Source: Eledone cirrhosa (taxonomy: Eukaryota). Taken from it: DNA of 64,000 nt. Position numbers and translations under genes: made by a program. The stretch is from positions 415,834,001 through 415,898,000 of the forward strand of contig OZ024740.1 of assembly GCA_964016885.1 (NCBI GenBank), given 5' to 3'. The first letter of the stretch is position 1. Each line of letters starts with the position of its first letter. Positions 7,011 to 22,000 of this stretch are shown here, piece by piece. The notes under the pieces were generated by a model that was given only the letters and a program-made list of their open reading frames with translations, was not told the DNA's origin and did no database searches.

Positions 7011-10000
7011 GTATTTACTACACACACCTTTAGAATTGCTAAATTTATTTGCTAATCAAACCTTTAGAATTGCTAAATTAATTAACTATTCAAACCTTTA
7101 GAATTGCTAAATGTATTTACTAGTCACACCTTTAGAATTGCTAAATGTATTTACTACTCATACCTTTAGAATTGCTAAATTTATTTACTACTCAACCTTT
7201 AGAATTGCTAAATTTATTTACTACTCAAACCTTTAGAATTGCTAAATTTATTTACTATTCAAACCTTTAGAATTGCTAAATTTATTAACTACTCAAACCT
7301 TTAGAATCGCTAAATGTATTTACTACTAAAACCTTTGGTATTGCTAAATTTATTACTACTCAAACCTTTAGAATTGCTAAATTTATTAACTACTCAAACC
7401 TTTAGAATTGCTAAATTTATTTACTACTCAAACCTTTAGAATTGGTAAATTTATTCACTACTCAAACCTTTAGAATTGCTAAATTTATTTACTACTCAAA
7501 CCTTTAGAATTGCTAAATTTATTCACTACTCAAACCTTTAGAATTGCTAAATTTATTCACTACTCAAACTTTTAGAATTGCTCAAATTATTTACTACTCA
7601 AACCTTTAGAATTGCTAAATTTATTTACTATTCAAACCTTTAGAATTGCTAAATTTATTTACTACTCAAACCTTTAGAATTGCTAAATTTATTTAATACT
7701 CAAACCTTTAGAATTGCTAATTTATTAACTATTCAAACCTTTAGAATTGATAAATTTATTTACTACTCAAACCTTTAGAATTGCTAAATTTATTTACTAT
7801 TCAATCCTTTAGAATTGCTAAATTTATTTACTACTCAAACCTTTAGAATTGCTAAATTTATTTACTACTCAAACCTTTAGAATTGCTAAATTCATTAACT
7901 ACTCAAACCTTTAGAATTGCTAAATTTATTTACTACTCAAACCTTTAGAATTGCTAAATGTATTTACTACTAACACCTTTAGAATTGCTAAATTTATTTA
8001 CTACTCAAACCTTTATAATTGCTAAATTTATTTACTACTCAAACCTTTAGAATTGCTAAATTTATTAACTGCTCAAACCTTTAGAATTGCTAAACGTATT
8101 TACTACTCAAACCTTTGGAATTGCTAAATTTATTTACTACTCAAACCTTTAGAATTGATAAATTTATTTACTACTCAAACCTTTAGAATTGCTAAATTTA
8201 TTTACTATTCAAACCTTTAGAATTGCTAAATTTATTCACTACTCAAACCTTTAGAATTGCTAAATTTATTTACTACTCAAACCATTAGAATTGATGAATT
8301 TATTTACTACTCAAACCTTTAGAATTGCTAAATTTATTACTAGTCAAACCTTTAGAATTGCTAAATTTATTAACTACTCAAACCTTTAGAATTGCTAAAT
8401 TTATTACTACTCAAACCTTTAGAATTGCTAAATTTATTAACTACTCAAACCTTTAGAATTGCTAAATTTATTTACTACTCAAACCTTTAGAATTGCTAAA
8501 TTTATTTACTATTCAAACCTTTAGAATTGCTAAATTTATTCACTACTCAAACCTTTAGAATTGCTAAATTTATTTACTACTCAAACCATTAGAATTGATG
8601 AATTTATTTACTACTCAAACCTTTAGAATTGCTAAATTTATTACTAGTCAAACCTTTAGAATTGCTAAATTTATTAACTACTCAAACCTTTAGAATTGCT
8701 AAATTTATTACTACTCAAACCTTTAGAATTGCTAAATTTATTAACTACTCAAACCTTTAGAATTGCTAAATTTATTTACTACTCAAACCTTTAGAATTGC
8801 TAAATTTATTTACTATTCAAACCTTTAGAATTGATGAATTTATTTACTACTCAAACCTTTAGAATTGCTAAATTTATTTATTACTCAAACCTTTAGAATT
8901 GCTAAATTTATTACTACTCAAACCTTTAGAATTGCTAAATTTATTAACTACTCAAACCTTTAGAATTGCTAAATTTATTTACTACCCAAACCTTTAGTAT
9001 TGCTAAATTTATTCACTACTCAAACCTTTAGAATTGCTAAATTTATTCACTACTCAAACCTTTTGAATTGCTAAATTTATTTACTACTCAAACTTTTAGA
9101 ATTGCTAAATTTATTTACTATTCAAACCTTTAGAATTGCTTAATTTATTTACTAGTCACAACTTTAGAATTGCTAAATGTATTTACTACTCACACCTTTA
9201 GAATTGCTAAATTTATTTACTAATCAAACCTTTAGAATTGCTAAATTAATTTACTATTCAAACCTTTAGAATTGCTAAATTTATTTACTAGTCACACCTT
9301 TAGAATTGCTAAATGTATTTACTACTCATACCTTTAGAATTGCTAAATTTATTTACTACTCAAACCTTTAGAATTGCTAAATTTATTTACTACTCAAACC
9401 TTTAGAATTGCTAAATTTATTTACTATTCAAACCTTTAGAATTGCTAAATTTATTAACTACTCAAACCTTTAGAATCGCTAAATCTATTTACTACTCAAA
9501 CCTTTGGTATTGCTAAATTTATTAACTACTCAAACCTTTAGAATTGCTAAATTTATTTACTACTCAAACCTTTAGAATTGCTAAATTTATTCACTACTCA
9601 AACCTTTAGAATTGCTAAATTTATTCACTACTCAAACTTTTAGAATTGCTCAAATTATTTACTACTCAAACCTTTAGAATTGCTAAATTTATTTACTATT
9701 CAAACCTTTAGAATTGCTAAATTTATATACTACTCAAACCTTTAGAATTTCTAAATGTATTTACTACTCACAACTTTAGAATTGCTAAATTTATTTACTA
9801 CTCAAACCTTTAGTATTGCTAAATTTATTTACTACTCAAACCTTTAGAATTGCTAAATTTATTAACTATTCAAACCTTTAGAATTGATAAATTTATTTAC
9901 TACTCAAACCTTTAGAATTGCTAAATTTATGAACTACTCAAACCTTTAGAATTGCTAAATATATTCACTACTCAAACCTTTAGAATTGCTAAATTAATTT

Positions 10001-13000
10001 ACTACTCAAACCTTTAGAATTGCTAAATTTATTAACTATTCAAACCTATAGAATTGCTAAAATAATTTACTACTCAAACCTTTAGAATTGCTAAATTTAT
10101 TTACTATTCAAACCTTTAGAATTGATGAATTTATTTACTACTCAAACCTTTAGAATTGCTAAATTTATTTATTACTCAAACCTTTAGAATTGCTAAATTT
10201 ATTACTACTCAAACCTTTAGAATTGCTAAATTTATTTACTATTCAAACCTTTAGAATTGATGAATTTATTTACTACTCAAACCTTTAGAATTGCTAAATT
10301 TATTTATTACTCAAACCTTTAGAATTGCTAAATTTATTACTACTCAAACCTTTAGAATTACTAAATTTATTAACTACTCAAACCTTTAGAATTGCTAAAT
10401 TTATTTACTACTCAAACCTTTAGAATTGCTCAATTTATTCACTACTCAAACCTTTAGAATTGCTAAATTTATTCACTACTCAAACCTTTTGAATTGCTAA
10501 ATTTATTTACTACTCAAACCTTTAGAATTGCTAAATTTATTTACTATTCAAACCTTTAGAATTGCTAAATTTATTTTCTAGTCACACCTTTAGAATTGCT
10601 AAATGTATTTACTACTCACACCTTTAGAATTGCTAAATTTATTTACTAATCAAACCTTTAGTATTGCTAAATTAATTTACTATTCAAACCTTTAGAATTG
10701 CTAAATTTATTTACTAGTCACACCTTTAGAATTGCTAAATGTATTTACTACTCATACCTTTAGAATTGCTAAATTTATTTACTACTCAACCTTTAGAATT
10801 GCTAAATTTATTTACTACTCAAACCTTTAGAATTGCTAAATTTATTTACTATTCAAACCTTTAGAATTGCTAAATTTATTAACTACTCAAACCTTTAGAA
10901 TCGCTAAATGTATTTACTACTCAAACCTTTGGTATTGCTAAATTTATTACTACTCAAACCTTTAGAATTGCTAAATTTATTAACTACTCAAACCTTTAGA
11001 ATTGCTAAATTTATTTACTACTCAAACCTTTAGAATTGGTAAATTTATTCACTACTCAAACCTTTAGAATTGCTAAATTTATTTACTACTCAAACCTTTA
11101 GAATTGCTAAATTTATTCACTACTCAAACCTTTAGAATTGCTAAATTTATTCACTACTCAAACTTTTAGAATTGCTCAAATTATTTACTACTCAAACCTT
11201 TAGAATTGCTAAATTTATTTACTATTCAAACCTTTAGAATTGCTAAATTTATTTACTACTCAAACCTTTAGAATTGCTAAATGTATTTACTACTCACACC
11301 TTTAGAATTGCTAAATTTATTTACTACTCAAACCTTTAGAATTGCTAAATTTATTTACTACTCAAACCTTTAGAATTGCTAAATTTATTTACTACTCAAA
11401 CCTTTAGAATTGCTAAATTTATTTACTACTCAAACCTTTAGAATTGCTAAATTTATTTACTATTCAAACCTTTAGAATTGCTAAATTTATTAACTACTCA
11501 AACCTTTAGAATCGCTAAATCTATTTACTACTCAAACCTTTGGTATTGCTAAATTTATTAACTACTCAAACCTTTAGAATTGCTAAATTTATTTACTACT
11601 CAAACCTTTAGAATTGCTAAATTTATTCACTACTCAAACCTTTAGAATTGCTAAATTTATTCACTACTCAAACTTTTAGAATTGCTCAAATTATTTACTA
11701 CTCAAACCTTTAGAATTGCTAAATTTATTTACTATTCAAACCTTTAGAATTGCTAAATTTATATACTACTCAAACCTTTAGAATTTCTAAATGTATTTAC
11801 TACTCACAACTTTAGAATTGCTAAATTTATTTACTACTCAAACCTTTAGTATTGCTAAATTTATTTACTACTCAAACCTTTAGAATTGCTAAATTTATTA
11901 ACTATTCAAACCTTTAGAATTGATAAATTTATTTACTACTCAAACCTTTAGAATTGCTAAATTTATGAACTACTCAAACCTTTAGAATTGCTAAATATAT
12001 TCACTACTCAAACCTTTAGAATTGCTAAATTAATTTACTACTCAAACCTTTAGAATTGCTAAATTTATTAACTATTCAAACCTATAGAATTGCTAAAATA
12101 ATTTACTACTCAAACCTTTAGAATTGCTAAATTTATTTACTATTCAAACCTTTAGAATTGATGAATTTATTTACTACTCAAACCTTTAGAATTGCTAAAT
12201 TTATTTATTACTCAAACCTTTAGAATTGCTAAATTTATTACTACTCAAACCTTTAGAATTGCTAAATTTATTTACTATTCAAACCTTTAGAATTGATGAA
12301 TTTATTTACTACTCAAACCTTTAGAATTGCTAAATTTATTTATTACTCAAACCTTTAGAATTGCTAAATTTATTACTACTCAAACCTTTAGAATTACTAA
12401 ATTTATTAACTACTCAAACCTTTAGAATTGCTAAATTTATTTACTACTCAAACCTTTAGAATTGCTCAATTTATTCACTACTCAAACCTTTAGAATTGCT
12501 AAATTTATTCACTACTCAAACCTTTTGAATTGCTAAATTTATTTACTACTCAAACCTTTAGAATTGCTAAATTTATTTACTATTCAAACCTTTAGAATTG
12601 CTAAATTTATTTTCTAGTCACACCTTTAGAATTGCTAAATGTATTTACTACTCACACCTTTAGAATTGCTAAATTTATTTACTAATCAAACCTTTAGTAT
12701 TGCTAAATTAATTTACTATTCAAACCTTTAGAATTGCTAAATTTATTTACTAGTCACACCTTTAGAATTGCTAAATGTATTTACTACTCATACCTTTAGA
12801 ATTGCTAAATTTATTTACTACTCAACCTTTAGAATTGCTAAATTTATTTACTACTCAAACCTTTAGAATTGCTAAATTTATTTACTATTCAAACCTTTAG
12901 AATTGCTAAATTTATTAACTACTCAAACCTTTAGAATCGCTAAATGTATTTACTACTCAAACCTTTGGTATTGCTAAATTTATTACTACTCAAACCTTTA

Positions 13001-16000
13001 GAATTGCTAAATTTATTAACTACTCAAACCTTTAGAATTGCTAAATTTATTTACTACTCAAACCTTTAGAATTGGTAAATTTATTCACTACTCAAACCTT
13101 TAGAATTGCTAAATTTATTTACTACTCAAACCTTTAGAATTGCTAAATTTATTCACTACTCAAACCTTTAGAATTGCTAAATTTATTCACTACTCAAACT
13201 TTTAGAATTGCTCAAATTATTTACTACTCAAACCTTTAGAATTGCTAAATTTATTTACTATTCAAACCTTTAGAATTGCTAAATTTATTTACTACTCAAA
13301 CCTTTAGAATTGCTAAATGTATTTACTACTCACACCTTTAGAATTGCTAAATTTATTTACTACTCAAACCTTTAGAATTGCTAAATTTATTTACTACTCA
13401 AACCTTTAGAATTGCTAAATTTATTCACTACTCAAACTTTTAGAATTGCTCAAATTATTTACTACTCACACCTTTAGAATTGCTAAATTTATTTACTATT
13501 CAAACCTTTAGAATTGCTAAATTTATTTACTACTCAAACCTTTAGAATTGCTAAATGTATTTACTACTCATACCTTTAGAATTGCTAAATTTATTTACTA
13601 CTCAAACCTTTAGAATTGCTAAATTTATTTACTACTCAAACCTTTAGAATTGCTAAATTTATTCACTACTCAAACCTTTAGAATTGCTAAATTTATTCAC
13701 TACTCAAACTTTTAGAATTGCTCAAATTATTTACTACTCAAACCTTTAGAATTGCTAAATTTATTTACTATTCAAATCTTTAGAATTGCTAAATTTATTT
13801 ACTACTCAAACCTTTAGAATTTCTAAATGTATTTACTACTCACAACTTTAGAATTGCTAAATTTATTTACTACTCAAACCTTTAGAATTGCTAAATTTAT
13901 TAACTATTCAAACCTTTAGAATTGATAAATTTATTTACTACTCAAACCTTTAGAATTGCTAAATTTATGAACTACTCAAACCTTTAGAATTGCTAAATTT
14001 ATTAACTACTCAAACCTTTAGAATTGCTAAATTTATTCACTACTCAAACCTTTAGAATTGCTAAATTTATTCACTACTCAAACCTTTAGAATTGCTAAAT
14101 TTATTTACTACTCAAACCTTTAGAATTGCTAAATGTATTTACTACTCACACCTTTAGAATTGCTAAATTTATTTACTACTCAAACCTTTAGAATTGCTAA
14201 ATTTATTTACTACTCAAACCTTTAGAATTGCTAAATTTATTCACTACTCAAACTTTTAGAATTGCTCAAATTATTTACTACTCACACCTTTAGAATTGCT
14301 AAATTTATTTACTATTCAAACCTTTAGAATTGCTAAATTTATTTACTACTCAAACCTTTAGAATTGCTAAATGTATTTACTACTCATACCTTTAGAATTG
14401 CTAAATTTATTTACTACTCAAACCTTTAGAATTGCTAAATTTATTTACTACTCAAACCTTTAGAATTGCTAAATTTATTCACTACACAAACCTTTAGAAT
14501 TGCTAAATTTATTCACTACTCAAACTTTTAGAATTGCTCAAATTATTTACTACTCAAACCTTTAGAATTGCTAAATTTATTTACTATTCAAATCTTTAGA
14601 ATTGCTAAATTTATTTACTACTCACAACTTTAGAATTGCTAAATGTATTTACTACTCACAACTTTAGAATTGCTAAATTTATTTACTACTCAAACCTTTA
14701 GAATTGCTAAATTTATTAACTATTCAAACCTTTAGAATTGATAAATTTATTTACTACTCAAACCTTTAGAATTGCTAAATTTATGAACTACTCAAACCTT
14801 TAGAATTGCTAAATTTATTAACAACACAAACCTTTAGAATTGCTAAATTTATTCACTACTCAAACCTTTAGAATTGCTAAATTTATTCACTACTCAAACC
14901 TTTAGAATTGATAAATTAATTTACTACTCAAACCTTTAGAATTGCTAAATTTATTAACTATTCAAACCTATAGAATTGCTAAAATTATTTACTACTCTAA
15001 CCTTTAGAATTGCTAAATTTATTTACTATTCAAACCTTTAGAATTGATGAATTTATTTACTACTCAAACCTTTAGAATTGCTAAATTTATTTATTACTCA
15101 AACCTTTAGAATTGCTAAATTTATTACTACTCAAACCTTTAGAATTGCTAAATTTATTAACTACTCAAACCTTTAGAATTGCTACATTTATTCACTACTC
15201 AAACCTTTAGAATTGCTAAATTTATTCACTACTCAAACTTTTAGAATTGCTCAAATTATTTACTACTCAAACCTTTAGAATTGCTAAATTTATTTACTAT
15301 TCAAACCTTTAGAATTGCTAAATTTATTTACTACTCAAACCTTTAGAATTACTAAATTTATTTACTACTCAAACCTTTAGAATTGCTAATTTATTAACTA
15401 TTCAAACCTTTAGAATTGATAAATTTATTTACTACTCAAACCTTTAGAATTGCTAAATTTATTTACTATTCAATCCTTTAGAATTGCTAAATTTATTTAC
15501 TACTCAAACCTTTAGAATTGCTAAATTTATTTACTACTCAAACCTTTAGAATTGCTAAATTCATTAACTACTCAAACCTTTAGAATTGCTAAATTTATTT
15601 ACTACTCAAACCTTTAGAATTGCTAAATGTATTTACTACTAACACCTTTAGAATTGCTAAATTTATTTACTACTCAAACCTTTATAATTGCTAAATTTAT
15701 TTACTACTCAAACCTTTAGAATTGCTAAATTTATTAACTGCTCAAACCTTTAGAATTGCTAAACGTATTTACTACTCAAACCTTTGGAATTGCTAAATTT
15801 ATTTACTACTCAAACCTTTAGAATTGATAAATTTATTTACTACTCAAACCTTTAGAATTGCTAAATTTATTTACTATTCAAACCTTTAGAATTGCTAAAT
15901 TTATTCACTACTCAAACCTTTAGAATTGCTAAATTTATTTACTACTCAAACCATTAGAATTGATGAATTTATTTACTACTCAAACCTTTAGAATTGCTAA

Positions 16001-19000
16001 ATTTATTACTAGTCAAACCTTTAGAATTGCTAAATTTATTAACTACTCAAACCTTTAGAATTGCTAAATTTATTACTACTCAAACCTTTAGAATTGCTAA
16101 ATTTATTAACTACTCAAACCTTTAGAATTGCTAAATTTATTTACTACTCAAACCTTTAGAATTGCTAAATTTATTTACTATTCAAACCTTTAGAATTGAT
16201 GAATTTATTTACTACTCAAACCTTTAGAATTGCTAAATTTATTTATTACTCAAACCTTTAGAATTGCTAAATTAATTACTACTCAAACCTTTAGAATTGC
16301 TAAATTTATTAACTACTCAAACCTTTAAAATTGCTAAATTTATTTACTACCCAAACCTTTAGTATTGCTAAATTTATTCACTACTCAAACCTTTAGAATT
16401 GCTAAATTTATTCACTACTCAAACCTTTTGAATTGCTAAATTTATTTACTACTCAAACCTTTAGAATTGCTAAATTTATTTACTATTCAAACCTTTAGAA
16501 TTGCTTAATTTATTTACTAGTCACACCTTTAGAATTGCTAAATGTATTTACTACTCACACCTTTAGAATTGCTAAATTTATTTACTAATCAAACCTTTAG
16601 AATTGCTAAATTAATTTACTATTCAAACCTTTAGAATTGCTAAATTTATTTACTAGTCACACCTTTAGAATTGCTAAATGTATTTACTACTCATACCTTT
16701 AGAATTGCTAAATTTATTTACTACTCAAACCTTTAGAATTGCTAAATTTATTTACTACTCAAACCTTTAGAATTGCTAAATTTATTTACTATTCAAACCT
16801 TTAGAATTGCTAAATTTATTAACTACTCAAACCTTTAGAATCGCTAAATCTATTTACTACTCAAACCTTTGGTATTGCTAAATTTATTAACTACTCAAAC
16901 CTTTAGAATTGCTAAATTTATTTACTACTCAAACCTTTAGAATTGCTAAATTTATTCACTACTCAAACCTTTAGAATTGCTAAATTTATTCACTACTCAA
17001 ACTTTTAGAATTGCTCAAATTATTTACTACTCAAACCTTTAGAATTGCTAAATTTATTTACTATTCAAACCTTTAGAATTGCTAAATTTATATACTACTC
17101 AAACCTTTAGAATTTCTAAATGTATTTACTACTCACAGCTTTAGAATTGCTAAATTTATTTACTACTCAAACCTTTAGTATTGCTAAATTTATTTACTAC
17201 TCAAACCTTTAGAATTGCTAAATTTATTAACTATTCAAACCTTTAGAATTGATAAATTTATTTACTACTCAAACCTTTAGAATTGCTAAATTTATGAACT
17301 ACTCAAACCTTTAGAATTGCTAAATATATTCACTACTCAAACCTTTAGAATTGCTAAATTAATTTACTACTCAAACCTTTAGAATTGCTAAATTTATTAA
17401 CTATTCAAACCTATAGAATTGCTAAAATAATTTACTACTCAAACCTTTAGAATTGCTAAATTTATTTACTATTCAAACCTTTAGAGTTGATGAATTTATT
17501 TACTACTCAAACCTTTAGAATTGCTAAATTTATTTATTACTCAAACCTTTAGAATTGCTAAATTTATTACTACTCAAACCTTTAGAATTGCTAAATTTAT
17601 TAACTACTCAAACCTTTAGAATTGCTAAATTTATTTACTACTCAAAGCTTTAGAATTGCTCAATTTATTCACTACTCAAACCTTTAGAATTGCTAAATTT
17701 ATTCACTACTCAAACCTTTTGAATTGCTAAATTTATTTACTACTCAAACCTTTAGAATTGCTAAATTTATTTACTATTCAAACCTTTAGAATTGCTAAAT
17801 TTATTTTCTAGTCACACCTTTAGAATTGCTAAATGTATTTACTACTCACACCTTTAGAATTGCTAAATTTATTTACTAATCAAACCTTTAGTATTGCTAA
17901 ATTAATTTACTATTCAAACCTTTAGAATTGCTAAATTTATTTACTAGTCACACCTTTAGAATTGCTAAATGTATTTACTACTCATACCTTTAGAATTGCT
18001 AAATTTATTTACTACTCAACCTTTAGAATTGCTAAATTTATTTACTACTCAAACCTTTAGAATTGCTAAATTTATTTACTATTCAAACCTTTAGAATTGC
18101 TAAATTTATTAACTACTCAAACCTTTAGAATCGCTAAATGTATTTACTACTCAAACCTTTGGTATTGCTAAATTTATTACTACTCAAACCTTTAGAATTG
18201 CTAAATTTATTAACTACTCAAACCTTTAGAATTGCTAAATTTATTTACTACTCAAACCTTTAGAATTGGTAAATTTATTCACTACTCAAACCTTTAGAAT
18301 TGCTAAATTTATTTACTACTCAAACCTTTAGAATTGCTAAATTTATTCACTACTCAAACCTTTAGAATTGCTAAATTTATTCACTACTCAAACTTTTAGA
18401 ATTGCTCAAATTATTTACTACTCAAACCTTTAGAATTGCTAAATTTATTTACTATTCAAACCTTTAGAATTGCTAAATTTATTTACTACTCAAACCTTTA
18501 GAATTGCTAAATGTATTTACTACTCACACCTTTAGAATTGCTAAATTTATTTACTACTCAAACCTTTAGAATTGCTAAATTTATTTACTACTCAAACCTT
18601 TAGAATTGCTAAATTTATTCACTACTCAAACTTTTAGAATTGCTCAAATTATTTACTACTCACACCTTTAGAATTGCTAAATTTATTTACTATTCAAACC
18701 TTTAGAATTGCTAAATTTATTTACTACTCAAACCTTTAGAATTGCTAAATGTATTTACTACTCATACCTTTAGAATTGCTAAATTTATTTACTACTCAAA
18801 CCTTTAGAATTGCTAAATTTATTTACTACTCAAACCTTTAGAATTGCTAAATTTATTCACTACTCAAACCTTCAGAATTGCTAAATTTATTCACTACTCA
18901 AACTTTTAGAATTGCTCAAATTATTTACTACTCAAACTTTTAGAATTGCTAAATTTATTTACTATTCAAATCTTTAGAATTGCTAAATTTATTTACTACT

Positions 19001-22000
19001 CAAACCTTTAGAATTTCTAAATGTATTTACTACTCACAACTTTAGAATTGCTAAATTTATTTACTACTCAAACCTTTAGAATTGCTAAATTTATTAACTA
19101 TTCAAACCTTTAGAATTGATAAATTTATTTACTACTCAAACCTTTAGAATTGCTAAATTTATGAACTACTCAAACCTTTAGAATTGCTAAATTTATTAAC
19201 TACTCAAACCTTTAGAATTGCTAAATTTATTCACTACTCAAACCTTTAGAATTGCTAAATTTATTCACTACTCAAACCTTTAGAATTGCTAAATTTATTT
19301 ACTACTCAAACCTTTAGAATTGCTAAATGTATTTACTACTCACACCTTTAGAATTGCTAAATTTATTTACTACTCAAACCTTTAGAATTGCTAAATTTAT
19401 TTACTACTCAAACCTTTAGAATTGCTAAATTTATTCACTACTCAAACTTTTAGAATTGCTCAAATTATTTACTACTCACACCTTTAGAATTGCTAAATTT
19501 ATTTACTATTCAAACCTTTAGAATTGCTAAATTTATTTACTACTCAAACCTTTAGAATTGCTAAATGTATTTACTACTCATACCTTTAGAATTGCTAAAT
19601 TTATTTACTACTCAAACCTTTAGAATTGCTAAATTTATTTACTACTCAAACCTTTAGAATTGCTAAATTTATTCACTACACAAACCTTTAGAATTGCTAA
19701 ATTTATTCACTACTCAAACTTTTAGAATTGCTCAAATTATTTACTACTCAAACCTTTAGAATTGCTAAATTTATTTACTATTCAAATCTTTAGAATTGCT
19801 AAATTTATTTACTACTCACAACTTTAGAATTGCTAAATGTATTTACTACTCACAACTTTAGAATTGCTAAATTTATTTACTACTCAAACCTTTAGAATTG
19901 CTAAATTTATTAACTATTCAAACCTTTAGAATTGATAAATTTATTTACTACTCAAACCTTTAGAATTGCTAAATTTATGAACTACTCAAACCTTTAGAAT
20001 TGCTAAATTTATTAACTACACAAACCTTTAGAATTGCTAAATTTATTCACTACTCAAACCTTTAGAATTGCTAAATTTATTCACTACTCAAACCTTTAGA
20101 ATTGATAAATTAATTTACTACTCAAACCTTTAGAATTGCTAAATTTATTAACTATTCAAACCTATAGAATTGCTAAAATTATTTACTACTCAAACCTTTA
20201 GAATTGCTAAATTTATTTACTACTCAAACCTTTAGAATTGCTAAATTTATTTACTATTCAAACCTTTAGAATTGCTAAATTTATTAACTACTCAAACCTT
20301 TAGAATCGCTAAATCTATTTACTACTCAAACCTTTGGTATTGCTAAATTTATTAACTACTCAAACCTTTAGAATTGCTAAATTTATTTACTACTCAAACC
20401 TTTAGAATTGCTAAATTTATTCACTACTCAAACCTTTAGAATTGCTAAATTTATTCACTACTCAAACTTTTAGAATTGCTCAAATTATTTACTACTCAAA
20501 CCTTTAGAATTGCTAAATTTATTTACTATTCAAACCTTTAGAATTGCTAAATTTATATACTACTCAAACCTTTAGAATTTCTAAATGTATTTACTACTCA
20601 CAACTTTAGAATTGCTAAATTTATTTACTACTCAAACCTTTAGTATTGCTAAATTTATTTACTACTCAAACCTTTAGAATTGCTAAATTTATTAACTATT
20701 CAAACCTTTAGAATTGATAAATTTATTTACTACTCAAACCTTTAGAATTGCTAAATTTATGAACTACTCAAACCTTTAGAATTGCTAAATATATTCACTA
20801 CTCAAACCTTTAGAATTGCTAAATTAATTTACTACTCAAACCTTTAGAATTGCTAAATTTATTAACTATTCAAACCTATAGAATTGCTAAAATAATTTAC
20901 TACTCAAACCTTTAGAATTGCTAAATTTATTTACTATTCAAACCTTTAGAATTGATGAATTTATTTACTACTCAAACCTTTAGAATTGCTAAATTTATTT
21001 ATTACTCAAACCTTTAGAATTGCTAAATTTATTACTACTCAAACCTTTAGAATTGCTAAATTTATTAACTACTCAAACCTTTAGAATTGCTAAATTTATT
21101 TACTACTCAAACCTTTAGAATTGCTCAATTTATTCACTACTCAAACCTTTAGAATTGCTAAATTTATTCACTACTCAAACCTTTTGAATTGCTAAATTTA
21201 TTTACTACTCAAACCTTTAGAATTGCTAAATTTATTTACTATTCAAACCTTTAGAATTGCTAAATTTATTTTCTAGTCACACCTTTAGAATTGCTAAATG
21301 TATTTACTACTCACACCTTTAGAATTGCTAAATTTATTTACTAATCAAACCTTTAGTATTGCTAAATTAATTTACTATTCAAACCTTTAGAATTGCTAAA
21401 TTTATTTACTAGTCACACCTTTAGAATTGCTAAATGTATTTACTACTCATACCTTTAGAATTGCTAAATTTATTTACTACTCAACCTTTAGAATTGCTAA
21501 ATTTATTTACTACTCAAACCTTTAGAATTGCTAAATTTATTTACTATTCAAACCTTTAGAATTGCTAAATTTATTAACTACTCAAACCTTTAGAATCGCT
21601 AAATGTATTTACTACTCAAACCTTTGGTATTGCTAAATTTATTACTACTCAAACCTTTAGAATTGCTAAATTTATTAACTACTCAAACCTTTAGAATTGC
21701 TAAATTTATTTACTACTCAAACCTTTAGAATTGGTAAATTTATTCACTACTCAAACCTTTAGAATTGCTAAATTTATTTACTACTCAAACCTTTAGAATT
21801 GCTAAATTTATTCACTACTCAAACCTTTAGAATTGCTAAATTTATTCACTACTCAAACTTTTAGAATTGCTCAAATTATTTACTACTCAAACCTTTAGAA
21901 TTGCTAAATTTATTTACTATTCAAACCTTTAGAATTGCTAAATTTATTTACTACTCAAACCTTTAGAATTGCTAAATGTATTTACTACTCACACCTTTAG

